DNA from: Cystobasidiomycetes sp. EMM_F5
Taxonomy: Eukaryota
Direction: 5' to 3'
Length of the DNA: 33,534 nucleotides
NCBI GenBank assembly: GCA_051047955.1
Contig: JBPGPT010000013.1
Span: 496,001 to 529,534 of the forward strand
This document shows, piece after piece, positions 9,141-21,202 of the stretch. Numbering within the stretch: the stretch's first letter is position 1; each line of letters opens with the position of its first letter. A program made the translations under genes and the position numbers. A model generated the notes under the pieces. That model was not told the origin of the DNA. It saw only the letters and a list, made by a program, of their open reading frames with translations, and ran no database searches.

Positions 9141-10360
9141 TCACGAATTGACTTTCCAGGTTGCGTAGTGACACTGAATATGAGGAAATGACGCCATCAG
9201 CGCCAATTGTTTCGTAGTCATGACGGACACTTACTCCGTTGCCAGCGACACCTCCCATCTGTGCCCATAATTCGGCGGAAAGATCAAGGCTAGGTGCCTT
9301 TTGTCCTGGGTTTGGCACGTTGCCTGATGTATGAAGGTGTCAACCACTATCCATCTCGCTGAATTTCGATTACAGCACACTGAAGACTCACGAGATGCAA
9401 TCACCGCCTGATATGTGCCTTTGGTCAACCCGTCAGAGCCATCAATAGAGATGGTTATAATTTGACCGCAGAGAAAGTTGGCGTACCCTGTGCACGACAT
9501 GGTAAGATGAGGTGGAAATGGGTCAGAAATGTGCATACGACGGCAAGGCGTTTGCTCACCTGTACCGCCAACGTCCATTGCTGTGTCAGGCATAGCGAGG
9601 GGCAACAGCGATGCGTCGTACGTAGGATATTTATTCATGTTGCCCGGCGCTTTGAGCCCGCACGACCCGACGGTAAACAGGTCGTTGGATGTTCCAGCAT
9701 AAACCGAGACTGTAAATGCATTTGCAGCAGAAAATGACGGGAAAGGGTTCTTTGTCATTGGATAAGTGCACCCGTTGCATACGCTGACACTACCACCACC
9801 TGTAGCAGTACCCGTAGTAGTAGATACGGCACTGCTGCTCGTACTGCTGCTCGTACTGCTGCTGGCTATCGCTGCTCCGACGCTGGACGTGGTGGACGAT
9901 GCCAGCCAGGAAGTTTGCCAGTTCGATGTGCTAGAGGTGCTAGAAGCGGCCGCTGCCAGCCATGTTGACTCCCAATGCGTAGTGCTAGAGGTGGCTGTCC
10001 AAGCTGTCGTGGAAGGCTGCCATTGAGCCAAAGCGGACACAGAGGTACTCACACCAGCTGGCACGGTAGTTGTAGCCCACGAAGTGACGGTGATATACTT
10101 TGTCTTTGGACGCTGGTGATGATGGTGATGATGTGGCCGCTTCCTGCGGGTAGAGCCACTCTGCGTCACAGTCACGATTTGCCTGGCAAGCGAAGTCAAA
10201 CGACCCTTTCGCATCGTATCATAGAACGTGGTGCTCACGTCTCAGTAACCACAGCAGCATCCCTCGCTTGCATACGTTCGTCGCTCGGATCGCCCCCGCG
10301 ACCTTTTACCAAGCTGAACGTCCCTGCAAGCAGCGCTAGTACTGATATTGGTCTGGTCAT
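9141..10360 (-). CDS. Secreted Ser/Thr-rich protein with a C-terminal RlpA-like/DPBB (expansin-D1/loosenin-like) domain, paralog 1 (~320 aa)
   Basis: Exons 10360-10239, 10182-9560, 9487-9392, 9323-9235, 9173-9141. Signal MTRPISVLALLAGTFSLVKG, a long S/T linker, then GSCG...AMP...CGQIITI...LDLS.ELWAQMGG...W. Domain call is from motif resemblance only. Confidence 0.7.
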
Positions 10361-10758
10361 AGTGAAAGAGTGTTAGAAAAGAATGTGAGGGTGTGCTGAG
10401 GTGCTAGCATATGTGCGTGTTGCCGAGACCCCTAATGCGGCATTTCGTGAAACAGATCTGTAGGAATGGGTTCATAGCCCAATCGGCGGTGCAGGTGGCA
10501 GAGCCATCAGGACAGCGTCTGTATAGCTTCCTTTATTGTCAAGCAAGTTGAACCCATTCTTGATTTGATTGCCGCAGTTCTTGTCCGATGCTGAAAATTG
10601 CCTGCTGCCTCTTCAAAGGTGTCAAAAGCGGATACTCCAGCATGGCTATGATTAGTGATGGTTATGCAGAAAGTCCGAGAAGGTTCCATTCCTTTCATGT
10701 AACAACAGGCTTAGGAGAAGCACCTCGGTCCCCTCACGGCCGGCGATTTTGTCGATAT

Positions 10759-11756
10759 TCACTCATCCAGCCGCCACGTGATATAGTGACACCCATTGCC
10801 AGCTTCTCCTCCGAGCTGGCTCCATAGTTCGCTAGCCAGGTCAAGACTCGGAGCCTTTTGTGCCCTGTTATACACGTCTGAAACTGCATTTTTAGCGACT
10901 CCTTCTTGTCTTGCAAATGCGAACGACGGACTTACTCCTCGAGGCTATCACTGCTTTCACGCTCATGGGTTTCAACGTGTCACTTCCGTCAGATTTGATT
11001 GTGATAGTCCGCCCGCACCTGCTTGAATTTGTCAATCGACTTCGTTTATAAATTCTAGTAGTTATCTCACCAAGGATTCGACCATCCTGTGGCGGCCATT
11101 ACTGGCTTGCCATCCATCCCTGCATCCGGCATTGCCACAGCGAACAAGCTGCGGTCGTATGTTGGATATTTGTTCGTATTGTCAGGATTCGTCAAACCGC
11201 AGCTTCCATCGTGATACAGCTCTGCATTAGAACCGACAAAAACAGTCGCAACGAATTCGCCTTGCTTCGTAAAATTGGGTTGAGGGTTGGACGTTAAGGG
11301 GAACGAGAGGCCAGAATTATCAAGTGAAGCAGTTGATGTCGTCTCACGCGAAGAAGAAATCGTTGAGGATTGCGAGTTATGCTGGATTTTCGTTTTCGTC
11401 GATGTTTGTGGCCTAGTCGTGGACTTTGGCTTGGCTTTGGCCTTTGCTCTCCTGGTTGAAGACCGACTTTGGCCATGATGAACAGCAGAGGTCGAAGTTC
11501 GGGTAAGACTTGTTGATGTTGGAGGAACGAAGGCCGCGATTCGATCACTCTGTGAGCTAGGGTGGCGAGACTTCGAAGTCTTTGCTGTGTGTCGACCAGA
11601 GGCCCAAGTCGAACCGCCATATGTGAAGGCTTCAATACCTGGAGCTCGTTCGTTCATATATATGTTAATTGATGAATCTACCGGCATCGAGCCGATACCA
11701 TTAAAGGCCCAGCCTCCTACTAGTAGAGTGAACCAGCACCAGTGCCAGCGGATCAT
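10759..11756 (-). CDS. Secreted Ser/Thr-rich RlpA-like/DPBB protein, paralog 2 (~295 aa)
   Basis: Exons 11756-11071, 11018-10936, 10877-10759. Shares GSCGL, NKYPTYD.SL, AMPD..MD, AVIASRNV, QKAPSLDL and GNGCHY with paralog 1. Confidence 0.7.
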
Positions 11757-12189
11757 AAACCTGCAGATCGTGGTTTTGTAATAAGAGGGATGTCAAATAG
11801 TATGCCTGAGCATGTTGGCGCTTTTGGCAACGGATGACATCGTTAGCGAGCGTGTATCAAGCCAGTAAATGTTGACATCGCCATTGCACGGCCTGTCCGA
11901 TGCTGCCAACGCTGCCTATGTGCTTCGATGTGGTGCTGCAGGTTCGAGGCACGGCAGGATTTCAGAAGAGTCAGTGTGATAGCAGAATGGCTTGCCAAAT
12001 GCACGGTCTAGGATCGCGATCCATGGCGATGAACAGTGCCGACAACGAAATCATATCATGCAACGAGTAATTGCACGACAGCGATAGCTGCACGGTTCCT
12101 GCGCTAATATTTCTCCTCAATTTAGAACATTTTCATTTTGTCGATGAAGTCCGTTCTCGAGGGAGGCTTGAGCATAAGCATGAAACAAT

Positions 12190-15100
12190 TCAACTCTCTT
12201 CCTCGATGTTCTCAAAGGTCAAGGGCGTGAACATTGTTCCAGCGCCAGAGTAGAACTTTCCATTGAACTCGACCCAGTGGAGGCGGAGTGCTGTGAAAGT
12301 GAGTTAGCCTAAAGATGCAGAATTTCGAAGCAACGTCGGGATACCGTGGAGAAACGCAGAGAGACCTTTGCGACAATCATATTAGCAACGGTATGACTCA
12401 ATGAGAGGGGCGGACGAACCTTCCGTTACAACCAAAGTGGCGACAGTAGGGGTGAAGCGTGACGGCAAACACGATTAGCAATAGTAGGAGTAAGGTAGAT
12501 GGCTGTAATAACAGACCTTCCATTACAATCAGAATGGCAACAGAGAGAACGAACCATGCCGCAAACATGACCAAAAGTGTGGCAATGCCAGAGATGCCTT
12601 GTCCTTCGAAACCATTGCGAATGGTCATTTCCCAGAGAACTTCACTAAGTTGCCCATGCGCCAAAGATAATGCTGCGTTGCGTAGCGTTGTTGTTATTGT
12701 GTCTAGACGTCAGCCCGGAGTCCTGAGAGTCCGCAGGGGCCGCCACTCACCCCAGAGACGAAGATAGGAAGCCGTGTTGGAGATACAACCCAGACAGAAC
12801 TCGATAGTGTGAATGACTTGATGTATAGCAATCTCGCCAAATTCAAACTCGTCCTTGTGTTCCTCATTCATCTGTTCCTGTCCGCCGTTTGCGCCACCAT
12901 TTTGAGAGACGCGATTGTTGGCATTTGTGGATCCATCGCGATCAGGACCGTCTTCACCAGCATCGTAATCGTCGTCGTATGCTCGACCTCCAGAAGCTCC
13001 GCCCAGATGTGTGTAGCCTTGCTCGACAATTTTCTTGTTGTCTCTCCACAGAATGTACGGCTTGACGCACAACATCCAGGGGACACATATCAATGCAATC
13101 ATCAGAAGAACAGTCTGGATGAAAGCTTGTCCGGGATAGAGCGGCACATCGATGGTGCCGGGCGAAAGAAACATGTACTGGAAAAGGGTCGGCTACAGCA
13201 TGGCGGGTAAACAATGTTATACTCACAATCAGCATGTTCAGTAGACTTGGTGCGGCTCGCCCTTCGGCTGCCCAGTCAATCGACCATTTGTAGACGATTG
13301 TGATGACCAGGTAGCCAAAAATGCTCTCCATAAAGAGAATCTGTGGTAGCCATTCTGCCCAGATCGAGAACTTCTTGCCGAAATGTATAAAGTTGGGAAC
13401 TTGCAGGCAGATGGCAAAGGACATCTGGAAACGATGCGGGTAAGAGATGAATTTTGTACCGGTGGCAAAGAACATACATGAATGACACCGAGAATGACAG
13501 ACATCTTCATCTTGAGGGAGTTGGTAAAGATGAGAGCATTGTCTGTACCGTGCCATGCAGGATCAATACCAAATGGATAGACGTATCCAGTCGGAACAGC
13601 CGATAAAGCCCCCGTGCCGGACGGCCAGGACCATCCCGAGGGAGCAATAGTCAAATTGAGAGAGAAAATGTCATTGTACAGGAAGCCAGTGTAGATAGCA
13701 AACAGTCCCATGAGGAAGATGATGTACTGCATGGCAAGGCTCAGTCGGAGATGTTGACCGCAAGTGGCAAACTTACGCGACCAAAGTAGAAGGTGTCTGG
13801 GATTTCGCTACCGAAACCCTTTCCAATACGCTTCTCAAAGAGAATGAGCATTCCCGCTGCCAGTGCCGTTATGAAGCCATGCCCGATATCGCCAAACATG
13901 ACTGCAAACAGGAAGGGGAAAGTGATGACGGTGAAGAGACCTGGATTGATCTCTTGGTACGAAGCAACACCGTACGCATCAATGATTGCTTGGAATCCTT
14001 GAGTAAACTTGTTTGTCCGGTGGAAAGTCGGCGGATCTTTGGTAGTGGCGGTCAACTCGTGGAGAATAGCTGGCATGCTACCACCGCTGGTCTCGGTAGC
14101 AGATCGGAGTGCCAACTGTACTCTGGGCAAATCTCTGGTCGGTACCCATCCTTCTGCGATGAGTGTTGACCGACCCTGATCGTACTGGAAGTTGTTCATG
14201 GCGTTGTAAATGATCTTTTCCTTTCGGACGCAGGTCCACCAGGCCGAGATACTCTCTGCGACTTTGGAGAGTTCTGCACGACGGGTAGTCTCCGTCTCGT
14301 GAGTGATCTGAGACATCTCCTCGATGCGTGCATTGACTTCACGGAGCTTTTCGGCACGCTTGTCAGGATCGCTGTCGATGTTGTAGAGGGTACCACCCAA
14401 GGACTCGCTGATTCTGCGAATCTTGTCGAGGAGTTCGCTGCCGTGTGCAAATATGATGAAGACGTTCTTGTAAACGTGCCTTGCGCTGGCTCCCGACCCT
14501 TTGACTGGCTCAATGAAGGGAGTGTCGATCCTGTGAAGCGTAATCAGCATTTGTATGTGAGCTGTACACTGCAAGTACACACTCTGCGTAGTTCATGTAG
14601 AGATTGCCCCGCAAGACTCGCCAGAGTACTCGCTCAAAGTTGCCCATTCGAGCCCGATCTATCGTTCCAGACACGAATCTGCGTATAAAAGACGGTCAGG
14701 ACGGTGAAGGCAGTATACAGACTCAATGCTAGCCCACTCTAGACTCATGCTGCCTAGATCGCGGCCCGAAAAGCCAGCTTCAGCGTTGTCCAATGCATTT
14801 TCGAGCAACGGCGCTGTTGGCTCGTCAAAGCTCGCCCGGGCGTCGTCCATGATGGAGCTGGCGTTAGTCTCTGCCTGTCGGAAGAATACGCCCGTCTCGA
14901 GGAGGACATGCCTTGCTTCCTCGAGCTCCAGCGCTCTTCCTCTGATGCTATCCCACGAGTCTCTCAGCTGACGCAGCCTGGCCTCCAGGGTCGCAAGTCT
15001 CGGATCCAGCTCCGCGACAAAGTCACTCGCATCCCGCTGGTCCAAGAGATACCTCGTCTCCTCGAACGGGCGCACTGGAATGGCAGCATCTTCAATCTCA

Positions 15101-15385
15101 GCCTGGACAAAGCGGAGGGAGCGTTCGATATTGTCGAGCTGGCGGAGGTTGCTGATGTAGGCCCGCTGGAACGGATTGAGGTCTGGATTGAGCTACAAAG
15201 ATGTCGATAATCAGCCTTGCTCGCCGTTTATAATGGCTCACCCAGCCCACATCGTCAAACGATATCCGCTCGAGCATTCCGAGCTGCTCGACGACGTTTC
15301 GCACTGATTCCGTGGGCAAGAGTAGCTGGACTCGCGACATTTGCGCGCTCCGAAGCAGCGACTCGCTGTTGCCGTGCCCCGCCAT
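12190..15385 (-). CDS. VPH1: V-type proton ATPase V0 subunit a (Vph1/Stv1 family)
   Basis: Multi-exon gene with motifs [80 protein letters not shown] and [11 protein letters not shown]; stop at 12192-12190. Confidence 0.96.
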
Positions 15386-15679
15386 GGTGCAGGTTTGCTG
15401 AGTTTTGGTGGTTGTCAAAGGCGAAAACGGCAAATAATAACGGTAAATGGTAATGAAAATGGTCACGAATGGGCAGACATTTACGGCAGTCTAGCTGCCT
15501 CGCTCGAATTGTTACCTCTGCCCCGCCAAACCCTCAAAGAACCAGCCAATTTGCATGATTAATGAGTGAACTTGCATGAAGACCAGCGATGGATAGTTAT
15601 GACGACAACAGCGAGCTCGTACTGCATACTGACACTCACAGTCTTGTGTGCCTCAGACTTCGTCACAGTGCCAGACCCC

Positions 15680-18600
15680 TCACACCGAATCTTCCAGCGC
15701 AAACCGCATGGCTATGTTCATCGCCATCAATTCTTGCGATAGTAGCTTGGCCGCGTATCTGTACAAACACCATCATGTAAGCGTTGGAAGGTAATCAGCA
15801 CCTTGAAGAGTCAGCAACTCACGGGATGACAATCTTGGCCGTCGTACCCGACTTGCGACATCTCACGCAATACCCATCATGACCAATGAATCCGCAGACA
15901 GAACAAATGTCCACATTGAATGCATCTGACGGCATCTGCAGTAAGCCTTCATTATCTGATATGAGGGACAAGGCGACGCACCCGATGAGATGCTCATCCG
16001 CTCCGTCAAAAGGTTGGATACGCCGTGCGAGATTAGACAATCTCGCTCCATCTCTCCTAGTCGCAGCCCGCCATCTCGGGATCGCCCTTCAGTCGGTTGC
16101 CGCGTCAAAACAGCACGTGGACCGCGAGCCCTTGCATGCATCTTGTCGAGGACCATATGCTTCAATCGCTGATAGTAGACCGGTCTGTGGCAAACGATAA
16201 GTACGAGAATGTACCTGCATAACTGAGTCTGGGACTGACCCCATGTAAACGTAGTACTCCATGGCCTCTCCTGTAATACCTGACGTAAGGTAATCCTTGC
16301 CTTGGTAGTTGAAGCCATGCTCGATCAGCAAACGAGACATGTCTTCCGCCTTGCTGCCGCCAAATGCAGTGCCATATTGAAAACTGCCGTCCAGAACGCC
16401 AGCTTTGCCAGACAGCCACTCTAGCAGTAACCCAACCGTCATGCGACTTGGAAGACCGTGAGGGTTGAAGCAGCTGTAAGAGAAAGATCAGCAGAATTCG
16501 GTAATCGCGATTAATGTCGCCACAACCCACATATCAGGACAAATACCCAAATCACTGAATGGCATATCGGCTTGTTCAACGATAAGTCCGCACACGCCTT
16601 TTTGACCGTGTCGCGACGAGAACTTGTCACCAAGCTCTGGACGTCTTGTCTGTCTCATGAGTACCTTGATAAGAGTCTGCTCATTGTCCGTCTCGCTGAG
16701 CATGACTTTGTCAACGTAGGATGGCACGGGACCACGATACATCATGGCGGCATTCTTCCATGATGTCGTCGTTGCAGCACTCGCGTTGAGACTGTTATCA
16801 TTTGCATTGGAAGGCGTTTGCTTATTGATGTAGATTTGGCCAGGCTGGACTTTCTGCCCAATTCCAGCCAGACCGTCTCCTTCCAGCGCTTTGTATTTGT
16901 CAAGAACGTTGCCATTTTGATCACGCAGTGGATCAGCAAGGCGATCGTGCCTGAGATAAAATCGAGCTGTTAGCACGCTCTCTCCCTAAAAGATCTGAAA
17001 TACTCACGTTCCGTTATTGTACTTCTTCAGCACCGTTGCATATTTGCGGAACACTTGAACTCTTCCGAATCCTCGATCTATACTAGCCTTGTTGATGATT
17101 AAGGCATCTTCAATATCGTAACCGGAGTAGGACATGACTGCAACTGTTGCATTCTGTCCAGCTGGTAATCGATCGTACCCGGTCAATTCGATTGTGCGTG
17201 TCCGAACTAGGGGCGTTTGCGGGTATACCATGAGGTACAATAAGGTATCGATGCGATGAAGCTGATTGCTTGCTATGGCTCCGATCGCTTGCTTACCCAT
17301 AGCACATTGGTACGTGTTACGCGGAGATTGGTTGTGATGAGGATAGGGAATCAAGCCAGCGACAGCTCCGAGAATAGTGAAAGGTTCGATTTCAAGATGG
17401 GTGGTTGTGGGAGATATGCCATGTTCATACAGTGCAATATTTGCATCATTTTCCTCATTTACATCGAGGTACTCTACCAGGCCATGTATGAGAAAGTCGT
17501 CGAATGCAAGTTTGCCTGCCTTCAGCAACTTGATGTGATCCGATGTTACCATTGGTCGGCCGTTCTTGACAATAATGATGGGTCGACAAATGCGTCCAGA
17601 ATCCCCAGCGATATGTACTGCTCTCTGATGTGTGTTGACGTGTATACTTACGAATTCTGAAATATGACCATTTCGTCGCAAATCTCTGAATTTGCGGACG
17701 AAGGTTTCAGGATCTCTTGTTAAGCCAAGCAAGGAACCGTTGAGATGCACAACAAAAGAGCCTTCGTCGTACAGCTCCGTCCCTGTCAGAGTGTTGAAGT
17801 CTTCGAGCCCAAGCATGAACGCGGCGTTCCATAACGGATCCTCTTGGGCGTCGGTGGTGATGTGCGTCATCAAAGCCAAATTCTTGACCAGACCGCAGGC
17901 TTCCCCTTCTGGCGTATCAGACGGACAGAGTACACCCCATTGACTCGGTTGCAGCGCTCTTGGTCCAGAGACTTTACGTGTCTTTTCGAATTGCGACTGA
18001 ATCCGAGTCATCATACCCAGGGCAGAGATATAGCTTAGGCGTGAGAGGACGTGCGTAACACCGGCCCTTTCCATCTTGAATCGCTTGAGCGACCAGTTGC
18101 CTGTTGAGATAGCCCGAACAAATCCAGCTGCGATATGGTTACCGTGCATCCGGAATTGGGTGTATGCGTCAAACTCGTTTGTCCGGGCAGGCTTCTTCAA
18201 GACTTTATCGATGTTGAGCTTCAGGTCGTGATTGAATTTCTTGAACAAATCCTCGAAGAGCAGTGACAGCAGCTGCCCAGCCAATTCTAAACGTTTGTTA
18301 CCAACGTAATCTCGGTCGTCTACTTGACTCTCGTCGTGCATAGCCATGAGGACGCGTCTAGCCATACTGGCTACGTAGATTGCTTTCGGCCGGAAGTTGA
18401 GGTTGTGCACCGGGACGTGAGCGAGGATGACTGTCGCCAATGCTTCAATGGCCTCTTCAGCAACTGGCCGTCGAGCACCCCATGTATTGCCTGATCCCGG
18501 TGTGGTCTTACGAATAACCTTGACTTGCTTCCCGAGAAGCTCCAGGGCCTGAGCTCGAGTGTGAATGCCGAGTTTGTGTATTTCCTCGACGTTGCTGGCG

Positions 18601-19707
18601 AATAACTGTCTGTATACTTCGTCATTGCCGCACACCAATTGCATGATCTCAAAGTCGGCCACGATGCCCATGCTATGGGAAACGACTCAGTTGATATGAC
18701 ATTGGACTAAATATGAATGATTGCCGACTTACGCCTTCAGGACTACTACTACGGACACATCCTCGTGAAGCGAGTTGTGTCTGAGCAGTATCCGCCCATA
18801 CTTGCAGATGACATACGACTTTGACTTTCTCTCGTGCGTAGAACTGGTGACACTGGCCTGCACAGAGACACCAGCTCCCCGTCCGTCCATTTCCACAATG
18901 ATACGATTCTTGCTGAGCTGTTCCTGAACGAGAATGACCTTTTCCGTGCCCTTTACGATAAAATACCCGCCTGGATCTAGCGGGCATTCCATCATATCTG
19001 CCATTCCTTCGTCTGACTGCCCATTGAGGTGGCATTTATTGCTCCGCAGCATGATGGGCAGTCTTGCGATTTCGATATGCCTCACGACTTGCAGAGTCTT
19101 GCCTTTCGTATAGCGAATGTCGACGTAGACTGGCGCTGCGTATGTCAGATCTCGAAGGCGACATTCGTGAGGCGTGATGAACTTTTGGTGACTGGAGTTT
19201 GCGTCTGAGCGTTCTGGCGTTCCTACGTAAATGTTTGTATATTCCAGCAGAAACTCGGGATCAATGTCGGAGGTGATTCGCGAGTTTGCGCGAAGCTGCC
19301 AGGGACAAGGTTGTAGCATTAGCTGATGTGCGAACAGGTATTCGCATTCAGCGTGGCGACATACAATATTCATCAGCTCTACGTCGACAAAATAATTAAA
19401 CGAATCCAAATGCTGCTTGACGAGACCTTTTACGGCGAGGAAAGCGGGAAGGAGCTGCCATTTGTCCTGACGATATCGTGTAAGCCATAATAAATTCCAA
19501 CAAAACCAAACCAACCCAACCTACCTCGATGGTCTTTACTGGATCCGACAAGCCCGTCCCCTGGGCGTCGACTCCCATCTTGCCCCACAGCATCGAGTCC
19601 TGCGCCGCCCAGTCTGCCATCGCGACGTCGTCCAGGCCATTGTCGAGCTTTTTTGGCTTCTTTGACGGCGAAGCTGAGCCTGGCTCGAGTTTTGGTCGCA
19701 CGGCCAT
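15680..19707 (-). CDS. RPC2: DNA-directed RNA polymerase III second-largest subunit
   Basis: Motifs [91 protein letters not shown] and [10 protein letters not shown]. The N-terminal and [11 protein letters not shown] motifs are Pol III type (Ret1/POLR3B). Confidence 0.97.
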
Positions 19708-19883
19708 GGCGACAAGACTGGCGGGTCAGTCTGAGTGTCCTGTATCAGAATATGCTACGAAATATCCAGACTTTGCATGGTTTTGTTGCAGGAATTGGAT
19801 TAATTTCAAGGGCTGCTCGACGATGAAGACGGGTCTCTTCCAATCCAACCCGTCAAATATGCGCAATATGTTTAAATGACAGC

Positions 19884-20760
19884 ATGAGAGGCCCGCAGGA
19901 TGACCGCAAACATGCTAACCCCGCTCCCTCGTCCTCGGGCGTCGTTACCGCAGCTCCAGCGTCCAAATGGCTCCACGATCCTGCAATTTCCATTCCAATC
20001 ACCGTAGCGACCCTCCTCGGCGTATCCTTCGTCTACAGGCGTTATCTTCGTCGAATCCCCTCCGCAGCTTACATTACTCCTGCGACCCTCGCTCGCCGGG
20101 CGAGAATACGAGCATTCGTCGTAAACGTCAACGACGCAGACGGTGTGCGAGTGCTCCATACCCCAGGAGCGTGGCCTTTCAACAAGCTGTGGAGAATACC
20201 GACAGACAAGAAGCTTCTAAAAGACAAGACTATCAACGTCCGAATCGCAGGCGTAGACGCTCCAGAAGTGACTATGTGACTAGCTAACCCACACCGCATT
20301 AGCTGACGCTGAAGACACAGCTCGCTCACTTTGGAAAAGCAGCACAGCCCTTCGCTGCAGAAGCAAAGAGCTTCCTGGAGTCGCTCGTCCTGCAGCGTCA
20401 TGTATCCATCGACATGCTGTCCAAAGACCACTACGGCCGAATTGTCGGTCATGTGTGGATACGCAAACCCTTCTGGTGGCCTACAAGATCCAACGTATCT
20501 CTCGAGATGGCAAAGGCCGGCCTAGCTACAGTGTATACGGCTGGAGGGGCAGAGTACGGTAGCGTAGGAAAGGAGAAGCTCGACGCAGCCGAAGCAAAGG
20601 CAAAGTGAGTGTGGAACCCGAGACAGAAAGTAGTGTCCCCTCTGTCATACCTTGCTGAGGTTGTCTTGGAAATAGACGCAAGCGCCGCGGCATGTGGGCT
20701 CTGTCGGCAGCCAAGTACGAGTCTCCAGGAGCATACAAGAAGCGCGTTGCCAGCACGTAG
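19884..20760 (+). CDS. LCL3: Staphylococcal-nuclease (SNase) family endonuclease, Lcl3-like
   Basis: Exons 19884-20267, 20321-20604, 20676-20760. N-terminal hydrophobic segment, YRRYLRRIP, V.DADGVRVLHTPG, VRIAGVDAPE-LAHFG, D.YGRIV, GLATVY...GAEYG, AK..RRGMW and YESP..YK. Confidence 0.88.
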
Positions 20761-21202
20761 TAAAATGTGACTCTTGGGTGCACGTGTCAACCTGCCGCCT
20801 CTTTATGGTCGTTCATGTCGCGCATCGCCCGTGGTACTTCTTTGATTTAGCTTCAACACAATGGCAAAGGGTAAACGCGGCTTTAGAACGTCGGAAGGTA
20901 AATGGCATTAATGTAGAGCGCTCAGGCCAAGGTACAAGAGCTGCAAGCTACGAGGGGTATACGAGCTATTCCCGCATAACTGGCAAAAGAAACAATTAAG
21001 CGCAATCGAGCGCAGGATGAAAAAGAAATGGACGTCCCAAATGCCCGCAGGCGGCCAACTGAATAGACTACAGAGAAACTGAAAGTAGAGTCGTGAAGAT
21101 CGTCTCGCTCATCGTGGCAAGCGTGGAATGGCTGCTGCGGAGGCGTGCAGCAGGAGCTCACCAGTCGTAGCCGAAAGAAGAGAAGCGCTCGGTATTGCGG
21201 GC

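Noticed and set aside
11100..11112. Possible GC-AG donor (G|GCAAGC) in DPBB paralog 2
   Set aside because: Reading through to the GT donor at 11070 keeps the frame and aligns with paralog 1 (TGWSNPWCG vs TGYANFLCG).
17004..18671. RPB2 (Pol II) or RPA2 (Pol I) assignment
   Set aside because: The motifs [16 protein letters not shown] and [11 protein letters not shown] are characteristic of the Pol III subunit.
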